Assembly (NCBI GenBank): GCA_004431415.1
Contig: QPMI01000439.1
Location: 434,001-498,000, forward strand
DNA: 64,000 bases
Direction of reading: 5' to 3'
From: Cyanophora paradoxa CCMP329
Taxonomy: Eukaryota > Plantae > Glaucophyta
The notes under the pieces were generated by a model. That model was not told the DNA's origin. It ran no database searches and saw only the letters and a program-made list of their open reading frames with translations. Below are positions 39,583-51,255 of the stretch, piece after piece (positions within the stretch are counted from its first letter, which is position 1; each line of letters starts with the position of its first letter). The translations under genes and the position numbers were made by a program.

Positions 39583-39609
39583 TTATCTCGCATTAAGAGA
39601 GAGAGCATC

Positions 39610-39843
39610 ATGGATTTCTTGCGAAAACTCATAGAGATGTTCAATCTCCACATTGTGAGCAATTGTCACAGTGGCTGCTGTGAAACCAAAGTCGAAATCG
39701 AATTCTCTGACACTGAGAGTCATGGATCTGGTGGTAGGCGATTATCCACAGATTCGGTGGATTTCGAAGAGCATATTAAAACAGAGACAGTGAGGCGCAG
39801 GTCTGTATCTTTCACAGATCCGAAATTAAATCTCGGTAATTAA
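39610..39843 (+). CDS. Small Cys-cluster viral protein
   Basis: 77 aa with SNCHSGCC, in the same gene run as the MCP and ATPase. Confidence 0.5.
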   Translation: MDFLRKLIEMFNLHIVSNCHSGCCETKVEIEFSDTESHGSGGRRLSTDSVDFEEHIKTETVRRRSVSFTDPKLNLGN

Positions 39844-40043
39844 TATCGAATGCTCAGTCTCTCTGAGATCTATGCTATCCTTGAAAGGAAATCCGCTGAA
39901 TATGCAACAGAAGCCGCAATAAAAAAGCGTAGACAGGAACTGGTCTCGATCTGCAAAAAATGACAAGGGATTTAAGGGTAAGGTGTGTTTGATTGGTGAA
40001 CCGGACAAATTATTTTCTCGTCCCATTATAAGGAACATATCAA

Positions 40044-40271
40044 ATGGAAACTGAATCTGTGGTCGAATTCGAACTTGCAATGAGCGAGGTGGATCCCAAT
40101 GAGAGGAAAAGGTTGTATGACCGCTTGTATTTCCAGAAACGCTATCAAGATGAGGAATTTCGAGAATTATATCGTAAAAAGGCACTGGAACGATATTATC
40201 GCAGGAAAGCTGCTGAGATGGATCCCAATAATCCAGTGAAACGCCCAGTAGGTCGTCCCAGAAAATACTGA
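40044..40271 (+). CDS. Small AT-hook DNA-binding protein
   Basis: Basic/Tyr-rich helix ending in KRPVGRPRKY (GRP AT-hook). Confidence 0.7.
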   Translation: METESVVEFELAMSEVDPNERKRLYDRLYFQKRYQDEEFRELYRKKALERYYRRKAAEMDPNNPVKRPVGRPRKY

Positions 40272-40465
40272 ACCGCCCCCAAAGTCCCAGATATCCGCTG
40301 AATCCTTTTTGTTACCATGATCAATCGACTTTTCGATGGATCATTACCATACATCGAGCGCCAATCGGAGAACCCAAAGGTATTTAAAGGTTAGGCGCCA
40401 AAAAATGACAAGCGACCGGAGAAATTAATTTCTCCATTAAGGATAAGAAGCCCCCGATTGTTGAA

Positions 40466-42828
40466 ATGAACGCTGCCGCCAAGAAATCCCTGAAACGCCT
40501 TGTTGAATGGCTTCGTGAAGACGATGTCCTGTCTGAGAATATCGTTATTCCTGTTGATCCTGATACCAAAAAGCCACTTTTCGCTCATAAAGACGGAACC
40601 TGGTCTTGGGATAAATTCGATGAAGCCCTGAAATCCGGTAAATATACTGCTTGGGGCATTCTCGCTCGTAATATCCTGGTAATTGACTTCGACCAAGAGG
40701 AGGATTTCGCCAAATTCGAGGAGCAATTCCCTGATGATTTCGGTGGTGTTAATCCTCTTGCTAAAACCAAAAAAGGATATCATGCATTCTTCGCTCGACC
40801 TGCTGAATTCGACACCATTAAGATCTGGGATAAAGCGGGTGCATTCAAAGGAAACCCCAAGATCGACTGCAAAACGATTGCATCCACTGGGACTGCTGGG
40901 GTGATTAATGTTTGCCCAGTCCCAACAAAACATGGATCAGAGAGCCATGGGCATCTGAGTGTGAGTTAAATGAACCCACTGCTGAGTTGCAAAAGTGGAT
41001 TGTTGAAAACTACGAATTCCCCAAAGGTGCACATTCTTATTATGCAAGGTGCGCTGAGGAGAATTTGCAGAAACATATTCTTTCTAAACTCGAAGAATTC
41101 GGTTTCATCTTGCCCACAATCATCAATGAGACCAAGATGGGATACAATTTCACTGCTGAGAACAAAGGTCTGGTCTGTCCCTGCTGCAAGGGAAGCCATG
41201 ACTCAAACAATTGGTATATTATTCAAGGGAAGGAGAAAGACAAGTACATTGTTTCGAGTTACAGTGCAAACTGCAAGAAGCGAAGCATCACTGTTCGTGT
41301 GAAGGAAGAGACAGATGTGAAGATCGAAAATCTGATTGATCGGTCTGCTGGATCTGATGGTGCCCATTATGATGTTGCACAGGTTGCCTATCTTGTTCTG
41401 CAAGACAAATACAAGTATTCCAACAAGACCTGGTTCAAGTTCAATGATATATGTGGGATTTGGGAGTTGGATGAAACTGGGAAGCGAATCTTTCTCTGTT
41501 TGAGCTGCAAGGTCTGTCCAGTTTATCTTCAACGTTCTGTTCAACTCGCACAGAGAGCTCTTCGTGATGAAGAGAACCGCAATTCCTTGGAGGAAAGGTC
41601 AAAGATTCTGCTGGGAATTGCTAAGAGCCTCAAACAGACTACATACAGAACTGCACTTATGTCTGATCTTTCAGTTCTGTTCAGTGACAAGACCTTTTTC
41701 GAGAGACTTGATACTGTTCCCAACATCATAGGATTCACAAATGGTGTATTTGACTTGAACTCCATGACTTTTCGACAGGGACTCCCAGATGATATGGTGA
41801 GCAAGACTGTTGGCTACGATTATACCACAGAAATCGACCAAGAGAAGGTTGCAAAGATTAAGTCCATCTATGCAGATATTATTGAATCGGATACAGACCG
41901 CGAATTTATGTTGGGATTAATCGCCTATGCCCTGAGTGGTTTGACAGAAAATCAGAGATACACTTGTTGGACTGGAATTGGAGCAAATGGGAAATCTCTG
42001 CTCCAAGAGTTGGTGAAAGACACATTTGGTGAATACTATGGGTCACTGGATATGACCTATTGGACGAAACCCAAGAAGAGTTCATCAGAGGCTTCCCCAG
42101 AACTCGCTTGCATCCTTGGTAAACGAATTGTTTTCAGTAATGAAGCAGAAGATGGTGATATGCTTCAACTGAACAAAATCAAACAAGTTACTGGTGGGAA
42201 TGAGATGAAGGTTCGAACTCTATTCAAAGATCTTGTAACATTCATTCCCATGTTCCAGTTGTTCTTGTCTACAAATGACAATCTGGGAATCAGTAAACCA
42301 GATGCAGCAATCCAAAGGCGAATTATCTACTACCGATTCGAAAATGTCTTCAAGGTGGAACCTCAACCTGGTGAGAAGAAGGCAGACACCACTCTCATGC
42401 GCCTCATGAAGAATGATGATGATTATAAAATGGCGCATATGTCCATTCTCCTGGAAATGTGGAGAACCCATTCTCTCAATACATTCGTCACCAAACCTCC
42501 CCAGTCCATTGTTGATCAAGGTATGGAGTATTTCAATGAGAATGACAAGATTGGAGAGTGGATTCGAGAGAATTATGAACTCACCAAGAGTCAAGGCGAT
42601 TTCACTACAAGTGAGTCCATCATGAGTGACTTCAAGAGAGACCACATGGGCAAATCTGATGAGAAAATCTCAGATTGCACCATTATGAAGAGACTTCGCG
42701 AAGTCTTTAATGTGAAGTCTGACAGAAAACGAGTGAATGGTGTACTTTGCCGTGGTTACTTTGGGATCATAAAGAAGCATGGTCGCAGATTGATGGATGA
42801 CAGTGATGAGGAGGTTGGGGATGAGTAA
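40466..42828 (+). CDS. PrimPol (AEP) - Zn finger - D5-like SF3 helicase fusion, one frameshift at ~40916
   Basis: VIDFD and KTKKGYHAFF (AEP motifs); CPCCKGSH..C; IGFTNGVFDL (D5_N); WTGIGANGKS (Walker A); SNE; IKQVTGG; STN; AIQRR. Confidence 0.93.
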
Positions 42829-42884
42829 ATAAAACGGAATCAATACTTATACTGTGAATTTCTAATTTTTTAAAACCCTTACTG

Positions 42885-43041
42885 TAAATGGTTTGTGTGA
42901 CAGGTGTGACAGGTATTTTAATTGACTGTGACGGGTGTGACAGGTGTGACAGGTGTTTTCAGGAGTCTGAGGATTTTTAAAAAGTTTAAAAAGTTTGAAA
43001 ATAGGTGTCACACCTGTCACACCCGTCACACCCAATTAACC
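42885..43041. repeat. Third palindromic iteron cassette, directly downstream of the primase-helicase
   Basis: TGTGAC(A/G)GG repeats, the same AT-rich core, then CCTGTCACA repeats. The flanks are reverse complements of those at 34.0-34.16 kb. Confidence 0.9.
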
Positions 43042-43182
43042 ACAGACTCCCCCCTGTGGGTCGATCACTTTTCCGAAGAATAATCGAAGGATATCAAAAC
43101 GTATCGGAAATCGGTGTGTTGTGACAAAAATTGACTGGCGATTTAAGGGATCGTTGCGTGTTTCACTTGACTAAGACAGAAA

Positions 43183-43374
43183 ATGGATTATTTCGATGAA
43201 ATTCGGCGGCAGCTTGTCGAAAAGAATGATATTGCAGAGGTGGCGGATTATATTGCAAAGATCAAAGCAATTAACGGTAGACCCTATCAAAAGAAGCGTG
43301 TTTATGCAAGCAGACTCGACACAGTAAATGTATATGTCCCCAAAGGCACGAATGTGCGAATTATCAGAACCTGA
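43183..43374 (+). CDS. Small hypothetical viral protein
   Basis: 63-aa ORF with upstream AAAAATTGAC. Confidence 0.55.
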   Translation: MDYFDEIRRQLVEKNDIAEVADYIAKIKAINGRPYQKKRVYASRLDTVNVYVPKGTNVRIIRT

Positions 43375-43430
43375 AAAATGGGAAATGCGTTTAAAATGCC
43401 CAAAAATAATATGTTCCCTTAAAGTAAAAG

Positions 43431-46400
43431 ATGCCCCGCCAATCCAATAGAATCATCAAAGAGAAGAAAAACGAAATACTCGGTCTTTTAGGAACCCTTT
43501 TAGTTACTGGTGATATTACAGAATTCGAATATGATCGCCAGGCAGCAATCTTGGATAGGAGACCAAGGTTATCTCAACTCACAGAAATTACAAATCGCCT
43601 CTATGATCGTTTTGAGAAAATGGAGGAATTCAGGGATGAAGGTTTAAGGTTGGGAACAATTGAACCCGAGATTGAGGATGGGGAAGCAATGAACAAAGCA
43701 TATTCTTGGTTAACCTATCGAGCAAGAGGGGAGGTTATCCAAGATGGGATTGAATTCTTGGAGAGAATTGCACCCACTCTACCTCAGAGACTCAGACAGA
43801 AACTCCAAGACCTGAGAGCAATTAAGACTCGGTTGACCTTCATTTGTAAATTCACCAAAGTGAGTGATCCAAGGGTGTGGATCACCAAATTCATTTACAG
43901 TGATTACTTTGTCATCACAAGATCACGAAATATTGATGTTGAACTGCGAAATGCCCTTCAATCCATGCAGGAGCAGATGATGCAAGTTGACAGTTACAGA
44001 CTGGATCGCATTGAGATGCTCAGAGTAGTAATAATGTCCTATGCTCCTGTGGGTGGTTGCTTCTTCTCAACACCTGAGTGGATTGGATTAAAGAGAGCAA
44101 CTGTGAATGTGAAGAATATTGATGGTCAAGACTGCTTCAAGTATGCAATCTTGGCTTACCTGCACCGAAATGATATTAATAAACACAAGAGCAATGAACC
44201 CAGCCAGTATAGAAGATGGTTGAACGAACTCAATTTCGAGGGCATCCAATTTCCAGTTGCCTGTGATGCAGAGGTGATTGATCGATTTGAGGAGCAGAAC
44301 CCTGAACTGAGTATCAACATTTATGGGGCAGATAATACTGCACAGTGTTTCTATCCTCTCCACCAATCCAGCAACCCCAGGAGAAAGACCAAGATTAACC
44401 TTTTATTAATCGAAAACGAAGAGGATGATAGAGGGCATTATATCACCATCATGTCTCTGAGTAGACTTCTGAAAACCACCTTTGATAAAGCCCATGATGG
44501 TCGCATTTATTACTGTGAGACCTGTCTGTCTCGTTTCAGAACTCAGGAGAAGCTGGATGTACATATAGAAGCGAATCGCTGCATTGATTGGAGGGAGAGC
44601 AAAGGTAAATGCCCGAAATCTGGAAGTCACATTGCATTTGGTCTGCAACACCTTCGCAAAACTGTGTGGCTTCCCGCTATCTGCTATGTGAAAATGGATA
44701 GTCACTCGGTTCCAATTGATGAGAACCGCAGTAAGAGAGAGGTAAAATCGGTTTCTCTAACAGTTGTGATGGGGATGAGGTGATCTCTCATTATTTTGAT
44801 GGATCAGATCCCCTTGGTGCTCTGTTTACCACTCTCACAGAGATCAGACCCCAAGTAATTCGCACTCTATTCACCAATATTCCCATGCATCCACTCACAG
44901 AGGAGCAGAAAGCACAATACAAGATCACTAAACACTGTTATATCTGTGCTGAACGATTTACCCATGAGAATTTCCCAGTGAGAGACCATTGTCATCAATC
45001 AGGAGCATTTATTGGGAAAGCATGTCGAAACTGCAACCTCCACAGGAGAATCTCAAAGCAAACGAAAGTAGCAATTGTGGTGGATCACATGGATGAATGT
45101 GGACACGAAATATTCCGCAAAATTGCACAGCAAGATGATAAACTTCGTGTTGAGATCCTGAGCAAGAATTTCGATCAATACCTCTCTCTGCAATGGGGCA
45201 TGTGGAAATTCATAGATGCTTCGCACTTCATGGACTTCCAGGCAGTGGATGCAAGTGATCTAATGGGTAAATTCCAGAAATTCCGAGAATTGGCGTTTTC
45301 CCAATATGGATTAGATCCTGCCCATTATGTTTCGGCTCCTGGATTATCCTGGGATGCAATGCTAATTTACACCAGAGCAAAGATCGAGCAGATCAGTGAT
45401 GTAGGGCAATACGAATTTAGTGAGAGGGCAATTCGAGGTGGGTTTGCTACAATGCCTACTCGATATGCAAAGGTGGAAAACCCAGATGACCATATAGTTC
45501 TCTTGGATGCAAATAATCTGTATGGTTATGCTCTCAGTCAAGAACTGCCCATTGGAGATTTTCGATGGGAAGATGTCACAGAGGCACTTAAAGAGACCCC
45601 TGGACGAAGTGCCTTTATTGAAGTAGACCTGGAATACCCACAAACTCTCACAGATCATTACGATTTTCCACTTGTAGTAATAAAGACAATCACCACCGAA
45701 ATGCTGGGTGAGTATCAACGAAAACTACTGGATATCACAGGTGAGAAGATAAGCAAAGACCCCAAACTCACAGCAACATTCTCACCCAAAAACAACTATG
45801 TGATTTCCCAACCTCTCTTGATCTATCTTGTGAGCAAAGGTATTATAATTAAGAAGGTTCACAGGGTTCTCTCATTTGCAACCTCTGCATTCATGAAGAG
45901 TTATATTGATCTAAATACGAAACTGAGGCGCCAATCTATGTCCAGATTCGAGAGTGACTTCTTTAAATTAATGAACAATGCAATCTATGGTAAATGCCTC
46001 GAATCATGCAGGGGTCGCTCTGTGGTTAAGATTGCTAACAGTGAGAAACTCTGCAAGAAATATGCTGCAAGTCCACTCATCAAGGCAACCAATGTATTAA
46101 ACGAAAATGCTGTTGCCTTTGAGATGTACTCAAAGCATGTTCACTTAGATAAACCTGTTGCAATTGGTGCTTTTGTGCTGGATTTCGCGAAACTCCATAA
46201 CAGCAGGTTCTTTTATGATGTGGTGAGGAGAACTTGGGAAACAGCAGAGCTACTATTCCATGATACAGATTCTTTCTGTCTAATGCTTCATACCAATGAT
46301 CTTAATAATGAGATGAAGCGAATTTCTGAACACCTGGATTGCAGTAATTATGATACTCCCCCCTCTCTTGATAGGAGAATCGTTGATTCCAGGTAAATAT

Positions 46401-46700
46401 AAAAACGAGTTTCCCAATGCAAAGATTGTGGAGTATGTAGGTCTGAGATCGAAACTCTATGCTTTCAGAACTGAGACCTTTGATAAAATAAGATGTCTGG
46501 TACTTCCTCCAAAGAGGTTCACTTTGATGATTTCAAGAGATGCCTGTTGAAGGCATCACCAAAACAGTAGCAGTAGTAAACAAGCGAAGCAAGACCACAA
46601 CCTATATGATTTGGAGAGCAGAAGGGTGGCTCTAAACCAACTCGATAGCAAAAGGAAGATATTAGACGATGGAATTCACAGCATTCCATTTGGGCTCTAA
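43431..46700 (+). CDS. Protein-primed family B DNA polymerase (Polinton/adintovirus type) with C2H2-like and endonuclease VII inserts; several frameshifts
   Basis: NVKN.D..CFKYAILA; CETCL..H; CYIC..RDHCH..G..CRNCN (EndoVII); YGLDPAHYVSAPGLSWDAML; LDANNLYG (A); KLMNNAIYGK (B); HDTDS (C); GLRSKLY; DSKR..DGIHSIPFG stop at 46698-46700. Confidence 0.93.
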
Positions 46701-46879
46701 TCTACTTCATCAATCTTTCTTTTTCTTTGGTTTCGCTCTCCAAGAAGTAATAAACCGCGAATTAAATGCAGCAGCCATATACATCTTAATCCTGGATCAT
46801 TGGGCTCGATTGCAAATAGTTGGGAATGGTGTCTTTCCACACAGACTCTTGCATTTATTATATGAGAGATAAGGTAAAG

Positions 46880-48375
46880 ATGCCTTCTACACAAATAGGA
46901 TTGAGACAACCACCAGAATTGTTAGAAAAGAAGCAATTGAAGATCGAGGGAATATTCTGCCCATCACAGTTCCAGTGGAGGAGAAGAGCAGTCGAATATT
47001 AAAAAGATCAGAGATGGTCAAGCAATTAATTCCAGAGACCCTCCCAGCTGAGACAGCACCAAAAGAGTCGAAGATTGCTAAGAAGTTCTATGATCCCAGA
47101 ACAGGTTACAAGGGATTTACTGCAATGAGACAGGAACTACCAGAGGAGAACTACAAGAAAATGAGAGAATGGTATGATAAGCAGGAGGTTGTCCAAATTA
47201 ATGCACCTACCCTATCTCGAAAGAGAGATCCCATGATTCCAATTAGGCAACCCCTTGATACATATGTGATTGATCTGCTCTTCTTTCCTGCATACAAAAA
47301 GCAGAATGATGGTTATGATACATTTATGAGTGCAATGGAATCAACCCTAAGAACTGGGTTCATCATTCCAATGAGAGACAAGAGTGCTCTTACTACACTT
47401 GCAGCATTCAAGCAACTTGAACAGAGAGTCCCCAGACCAATTGTTCGCATTCAGAGTGATAGTGGAAGCGAATTTACCAATGTCTTATTCACAGATTATC
47501 TGGGAACCAAATTCATTGAGCATCAACTAAGTGATGTTGCAGATCACAGAACCCAAGGTCGGATTGAAGCCTTTAACAGACAGATCAAGAGATTAATCAC
47601 AAACTACTGCATTGCAAATAATACTGCACGATTTTTTGATGTGTTGGGTGATATTGAGTATAATTATAATAATACCATTCACTCTGCAACCAAGAGAAAA
47701 CCAGCAGAGACCACAGAAGCCCACTACAAAGAGATTGTGAATATGGAGGATCAGAGATTCAAGAAATCGATTGAGTATCTTGATGCTCTGAAACCTGGAA
47801 TGTTTGTGAGAGTGAAAGTTGAAAAGAACCCATTTGCAAAGCAGGGAGTTAATTGGTCTCGAATTGTTTATAGTGTGGAGGGCAGAGAGGGCTTCAAGTT
47901 CAGAATCAGAAGTCCCAGTGGTGAGATAGTTGATGGTAGATTCGCTTTTCATGAACTGCTGCCCATTAAAGGCGTTGAGTATCATGAAACTCCCACAGTG
48001 GATGCTCTTGAACAGGCAAAGGAGGAAGCCAGGGTTGATTCAGCAATCAGAAAGGAGGGCATAGAAAAAGCAAGTGAAGTACCAAAAGAACCCCTTACAG
48101 AAGCAAGAGCACAAAAGAAGGGTAGAGTAGAGAAAGAATTAAAGAAGTTGACCATAGCAGGAACCCAGAAATTATCAGAAGTTAACAGTCAGAGATGGTA
48201 TAATGACTTTTCAACCACCAAGGAAACATATACTGCACCCCAAACTCGATTCAATCTACGAAGTGGCAGAGGAAATAGATTAACAACGCTTTCGGAATCT
48301 CTTAGACCTCTGGCGAATTTTTCTCATTTGTCTATCTTTTTCAAGAATTTCCAAGAAGAAAGTTTCAAGGTTTGA
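46880..48375 (+). CDS. Retroviral-like (rve, DDE) integrase, Polinton/mavirus type
   Basis: YYDP-like FYDPRTG, IDLLF, QSDSGSEF, GRIEAFNRQIK, YNNTIHSATKRKP and a VRV..F.K..NWS domain. Probable start at 46880 with a frameshift near 46970. Confidence 0.93.
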
Positions 48376-48522
48376 AACCAGTTGGTAATTATAAACAAAG
48401 AACAGTCTCACATGCTCTGGCTGTGACATGAAGAAATTGTAATAGAAAGCAGTTTTGAAATCATGGATCCAGTCTGATTGGGCAGCATGGATGATAGCAG
48501 GGTCTTGGTAGATGGGATCCAT
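48280..48522 (-). CDS. Small hypothetical viral protein with a basic C-terminus
   Basis: 80-aa ORF; AAAAATTGAC 30 nt upstream on the minus strand. Confidence 0.5.
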   Translation of the reverse strand: MDPIYQDPAIIHAAQSDWIHDFKTAFYYNFFMSQPEHVRLFFVYNYQLVSNLETFFLEILEKDRQMRKIRQRSKRFRKRC

Positions 48523-48709
48523 AGCAGAATTGAGAGAATCCAGAAAATCCTTGTCAATTTTTTATTTTGTTAGTGCCCGATATCAACGGAATCTGATAGC
48601 CGCTGACGAGAGGATTCCGAATCTGTTTTCAGAATTGAAAACGGAGCAGTTGGTGAAGAGTTACCTGCGTTTATCGGTTGACTCAACTTGACTGTGAACT
48701 GCGCGCAAT

Positions 48710-49362
48710 CGCGAACCGTCAAGTATATATGCATATATATATATATATACACTTTTTTACCAGAAATTCCGTTTGACCAAACCGAGATTACGGAGGTTTT
48801 GTGTATATATGCGGTATATATGTCGAGAGTTGTCTGTTGGATTTCCTGGGCTCCTCTGGACATCAATCTTGTAATATTGTTGTATTTCATACAAAACATC
48901 AATGGAAGTTGTATTCGATAGCGATGATGTCATGATGTTGAGGCTGATAGAAAATATTAATGAGTTTTGAGGCTGATAGAACTTATGAATTGTTGTTGAG
49001 GCTGATAGATTGCAGAAGACTTTTTGATGATGCAGATAGAATTTCCAGATGCAGACATCTATGATTGTTGTACTCGATACAAAACTCTGGCTTCCCTATT
49101 GATGAAAGACTTTGGTTATGACTCATTGTTGATATAGATATCAACAATGAGTCGTCTTCGGATATCTACCTCAACAGTTAGTCATAACCGATATCTATAT
49201 CAACAATAAGTCATAACCTCCGAAAGAGTGCAACATATATACACCATATCTACACCATACATTTCGTGTGACCCTGAGCCCCAGAGTCGCCGACCGATCG
49301 CGACCAATCCGCTATTTTGTGGTCAAAATGTATATTTGCGCATATATACTTGACGGTTCGCG
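48710..49362. repeat. Non-coding segment bounded by 23-bp perfect inverted repeats, with an internal palindrome and 29-bp repeats
   Basis: CGCGAACCGTCAAGTATATATGC (48710-48732 / 49340-49362); palindrome 49120-49153; GAGGCTGATAG x3. Confidence 0.85.
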
Positions 49363-49647
49363 TTACTACTGTCGGCATCGCGTAACGTTCCCACTGTGGG
49401 GCTTTCGGCATCTTCAAACGCTTGTATCTCACCACCAGATCATCAGATCGTGACCGTCAACATAGCGCTGGAAAGCGCTTGCAAAGACCTACACGATGGT
49501 GTAGGTATCAAGTACATATACGTATATATTACATACAAATATTTCGAAAAAACGATTAATCGGCTACTTTCTACTGTAAGGAACATACAGTAAAATAATG
49601 CGAAAATACAGTAGCTACTGTAAAAAATCGCCATAATCTGGTGCACC

Positions 49648-49670
49648 ATACATCAGAAGTCCTGATGTAT
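49648..49670 (-). terminator. Hairpin immediately after the lipase stop codon (candidate 3'-end signal)
   Basis: ATACATCAG-AAGTC-CTGATGTAT, a 9-bp stem abutting the TGA at 49670-49672. Confidence 0.35.
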
Positions 49671-51206
49671 CATACACTTCGAATAAATGCACCTGTGACA
49701 TCCACTCTCATAGTTGGGGCATTTATATATACAATTGGATAAATACGAATAAACCTTGTCCTCAGAGGGTAGCCAATATAGAAAACGTCTTTAATAGAGG
49801 TGGGATACCCAGAACTGTATGAGACATCACCACTGTTATGGGCATTATTAATTGTTTCACACATGAACACTCTATTCACACCTTCATACTTGATAAATGA
49901 CCAGGAAACACCATCTTGTGAGGTTGCAACATTGAAGGTCTTAACAAAGGCATTGGTCACACCAGACCCATATGCAATTATAGATGCTACCTCATATATA
50001 TATGGGAAGGATACTTGGAGATACTCAGTGGGAACACTCCATATCCCATCAGGAGCAGATGCATTTGCCTCCCAACCTGTTAAAGAAGGTCTTGCTTTAA
50101 ATGCCTCCCTTCCAATTTTTGATGATGAAGCAGTGAAAGCACCATCTGATAGAAGATACCAGTTAGCATCAATGGGAGGTATGTTATTCAGAGTTGATGA
50201 TATATAGAACCTTGCAGGGTTCTTGATTTCATAATTTGCAACCAGTAAATCACAGAGTCTATCAATCATCACAGTGTTTGCTGCTATATACATTTCGGTT
50301 GCATCTATCATATCAGGGATCTTAGAGGTATCATCCAGGAGTTTACTATGGTCTTTGGAAGTGGACAGAGAGTCTATAATATCTTGCATATCCCTGATCA
50401 TCATTATATGGGAGAAACTCTTGCATCTTTTCCAGGGCTGAGAGTTCACTTGCAGCCATCAACATATTAATTAATGGACTCCCAGAGGTCGAAGCAATCC
50501 ATGAGAGAATGCCCCAGCTGTTGACATCTTCATAGGAATATCCCACATTTGGGGCATCTGTTTCATTGACCTCACCACAGGATATACTGATCACAATTAT
50601 ATCATCATCATCATCATAGATCTTTTTAGCATGGCTGTAACCACATACACTGGGATTGTTGTTACCTGATATTGCACCATCAATTAGAGACATCCCATCA
50701 TAGTTCACAGGTGAGAAGTAAGTAGGTGCAGCAGAGGTGGATCTTGCAGCAATCTTGCTGGGATGGATTTGTAGGAATTATCATTGGTGATAAAGATGGG
50801 CTTCATGCTCACAGTGTCAAAACTGGTGATCACCACATCTTTCAGAGAGTCTTGAATGAGAGACTCACCAGTAACAGTGAGAATGGCTGTCTCCAATGGG
50901 GTCACATCATACTTGGTGTTGAAGAGGGCATTATCTATTATATTTCGGGATTTGCAAAGATTAAAGGCAGTTGATTGAGATAAGTGGAATGCAAATCGGT
51001 TGCAGTGAGTTTAGGTTCGTTTGGAAATTCGGGATTTTTCACATTGAGACCAATAGCAATTATCCCACCAGTGGATGTACCACTCACCAGGTCAACAAGG
51101 TCAATTACTCTTTTTCCTGTTCGAGTTTCGATTTCTTTTAGCAATCTCGTAATAATTATACCACGAGCTCCCCACCTGAGAGACTGAGAATTACACGAAG
51201 GGGCAT
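49670..51206 (-). CDS. Viral patatin-like phospholipase probably fused to a C-terminal discoidin (F5/8 type C) domain; frameshifted
   Basis: ILSLSGG(G)ARG, DLVSGTSTGG, RSTSAAPTYF, LIDGAISGNNNP and ISISCG, then ASS..W..EYLQVSF..FVKTFNVATSQDGVSW..TRFIRIYP..MRVDV. Confidence 0.85.
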
Positions 51207-51255
51207 CTTTACTTTACTCAAATTTAATAAATCTCTATAAGTAAAGTGAACAGGG

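Larger units (their letters stand above)
34297..48562. promoter_or_regulatory. AAAAA(T/A)TGAC early-promoter-like motifs upstream of five non-structural genes
   Basis: 34297, 39955, 40400, 43126 (+) and 48553-48562 (-), 30-79 nt before the ATGs. Confidence 0.6.

Noticed and set aside
40900-40930. Programmed frameshift between the primase and the helicase
   Set aside because: No slippery heptamer, and similar single-base breaks occur throughout the element.
7080-51206. Direct capture of the neighbouring host patatin by the virus
   Set aside because: The two genes share only family-wide motifs and differ strongly in GC content, introns and C-terminal domain. A phylogeny would be needed to claim any link.
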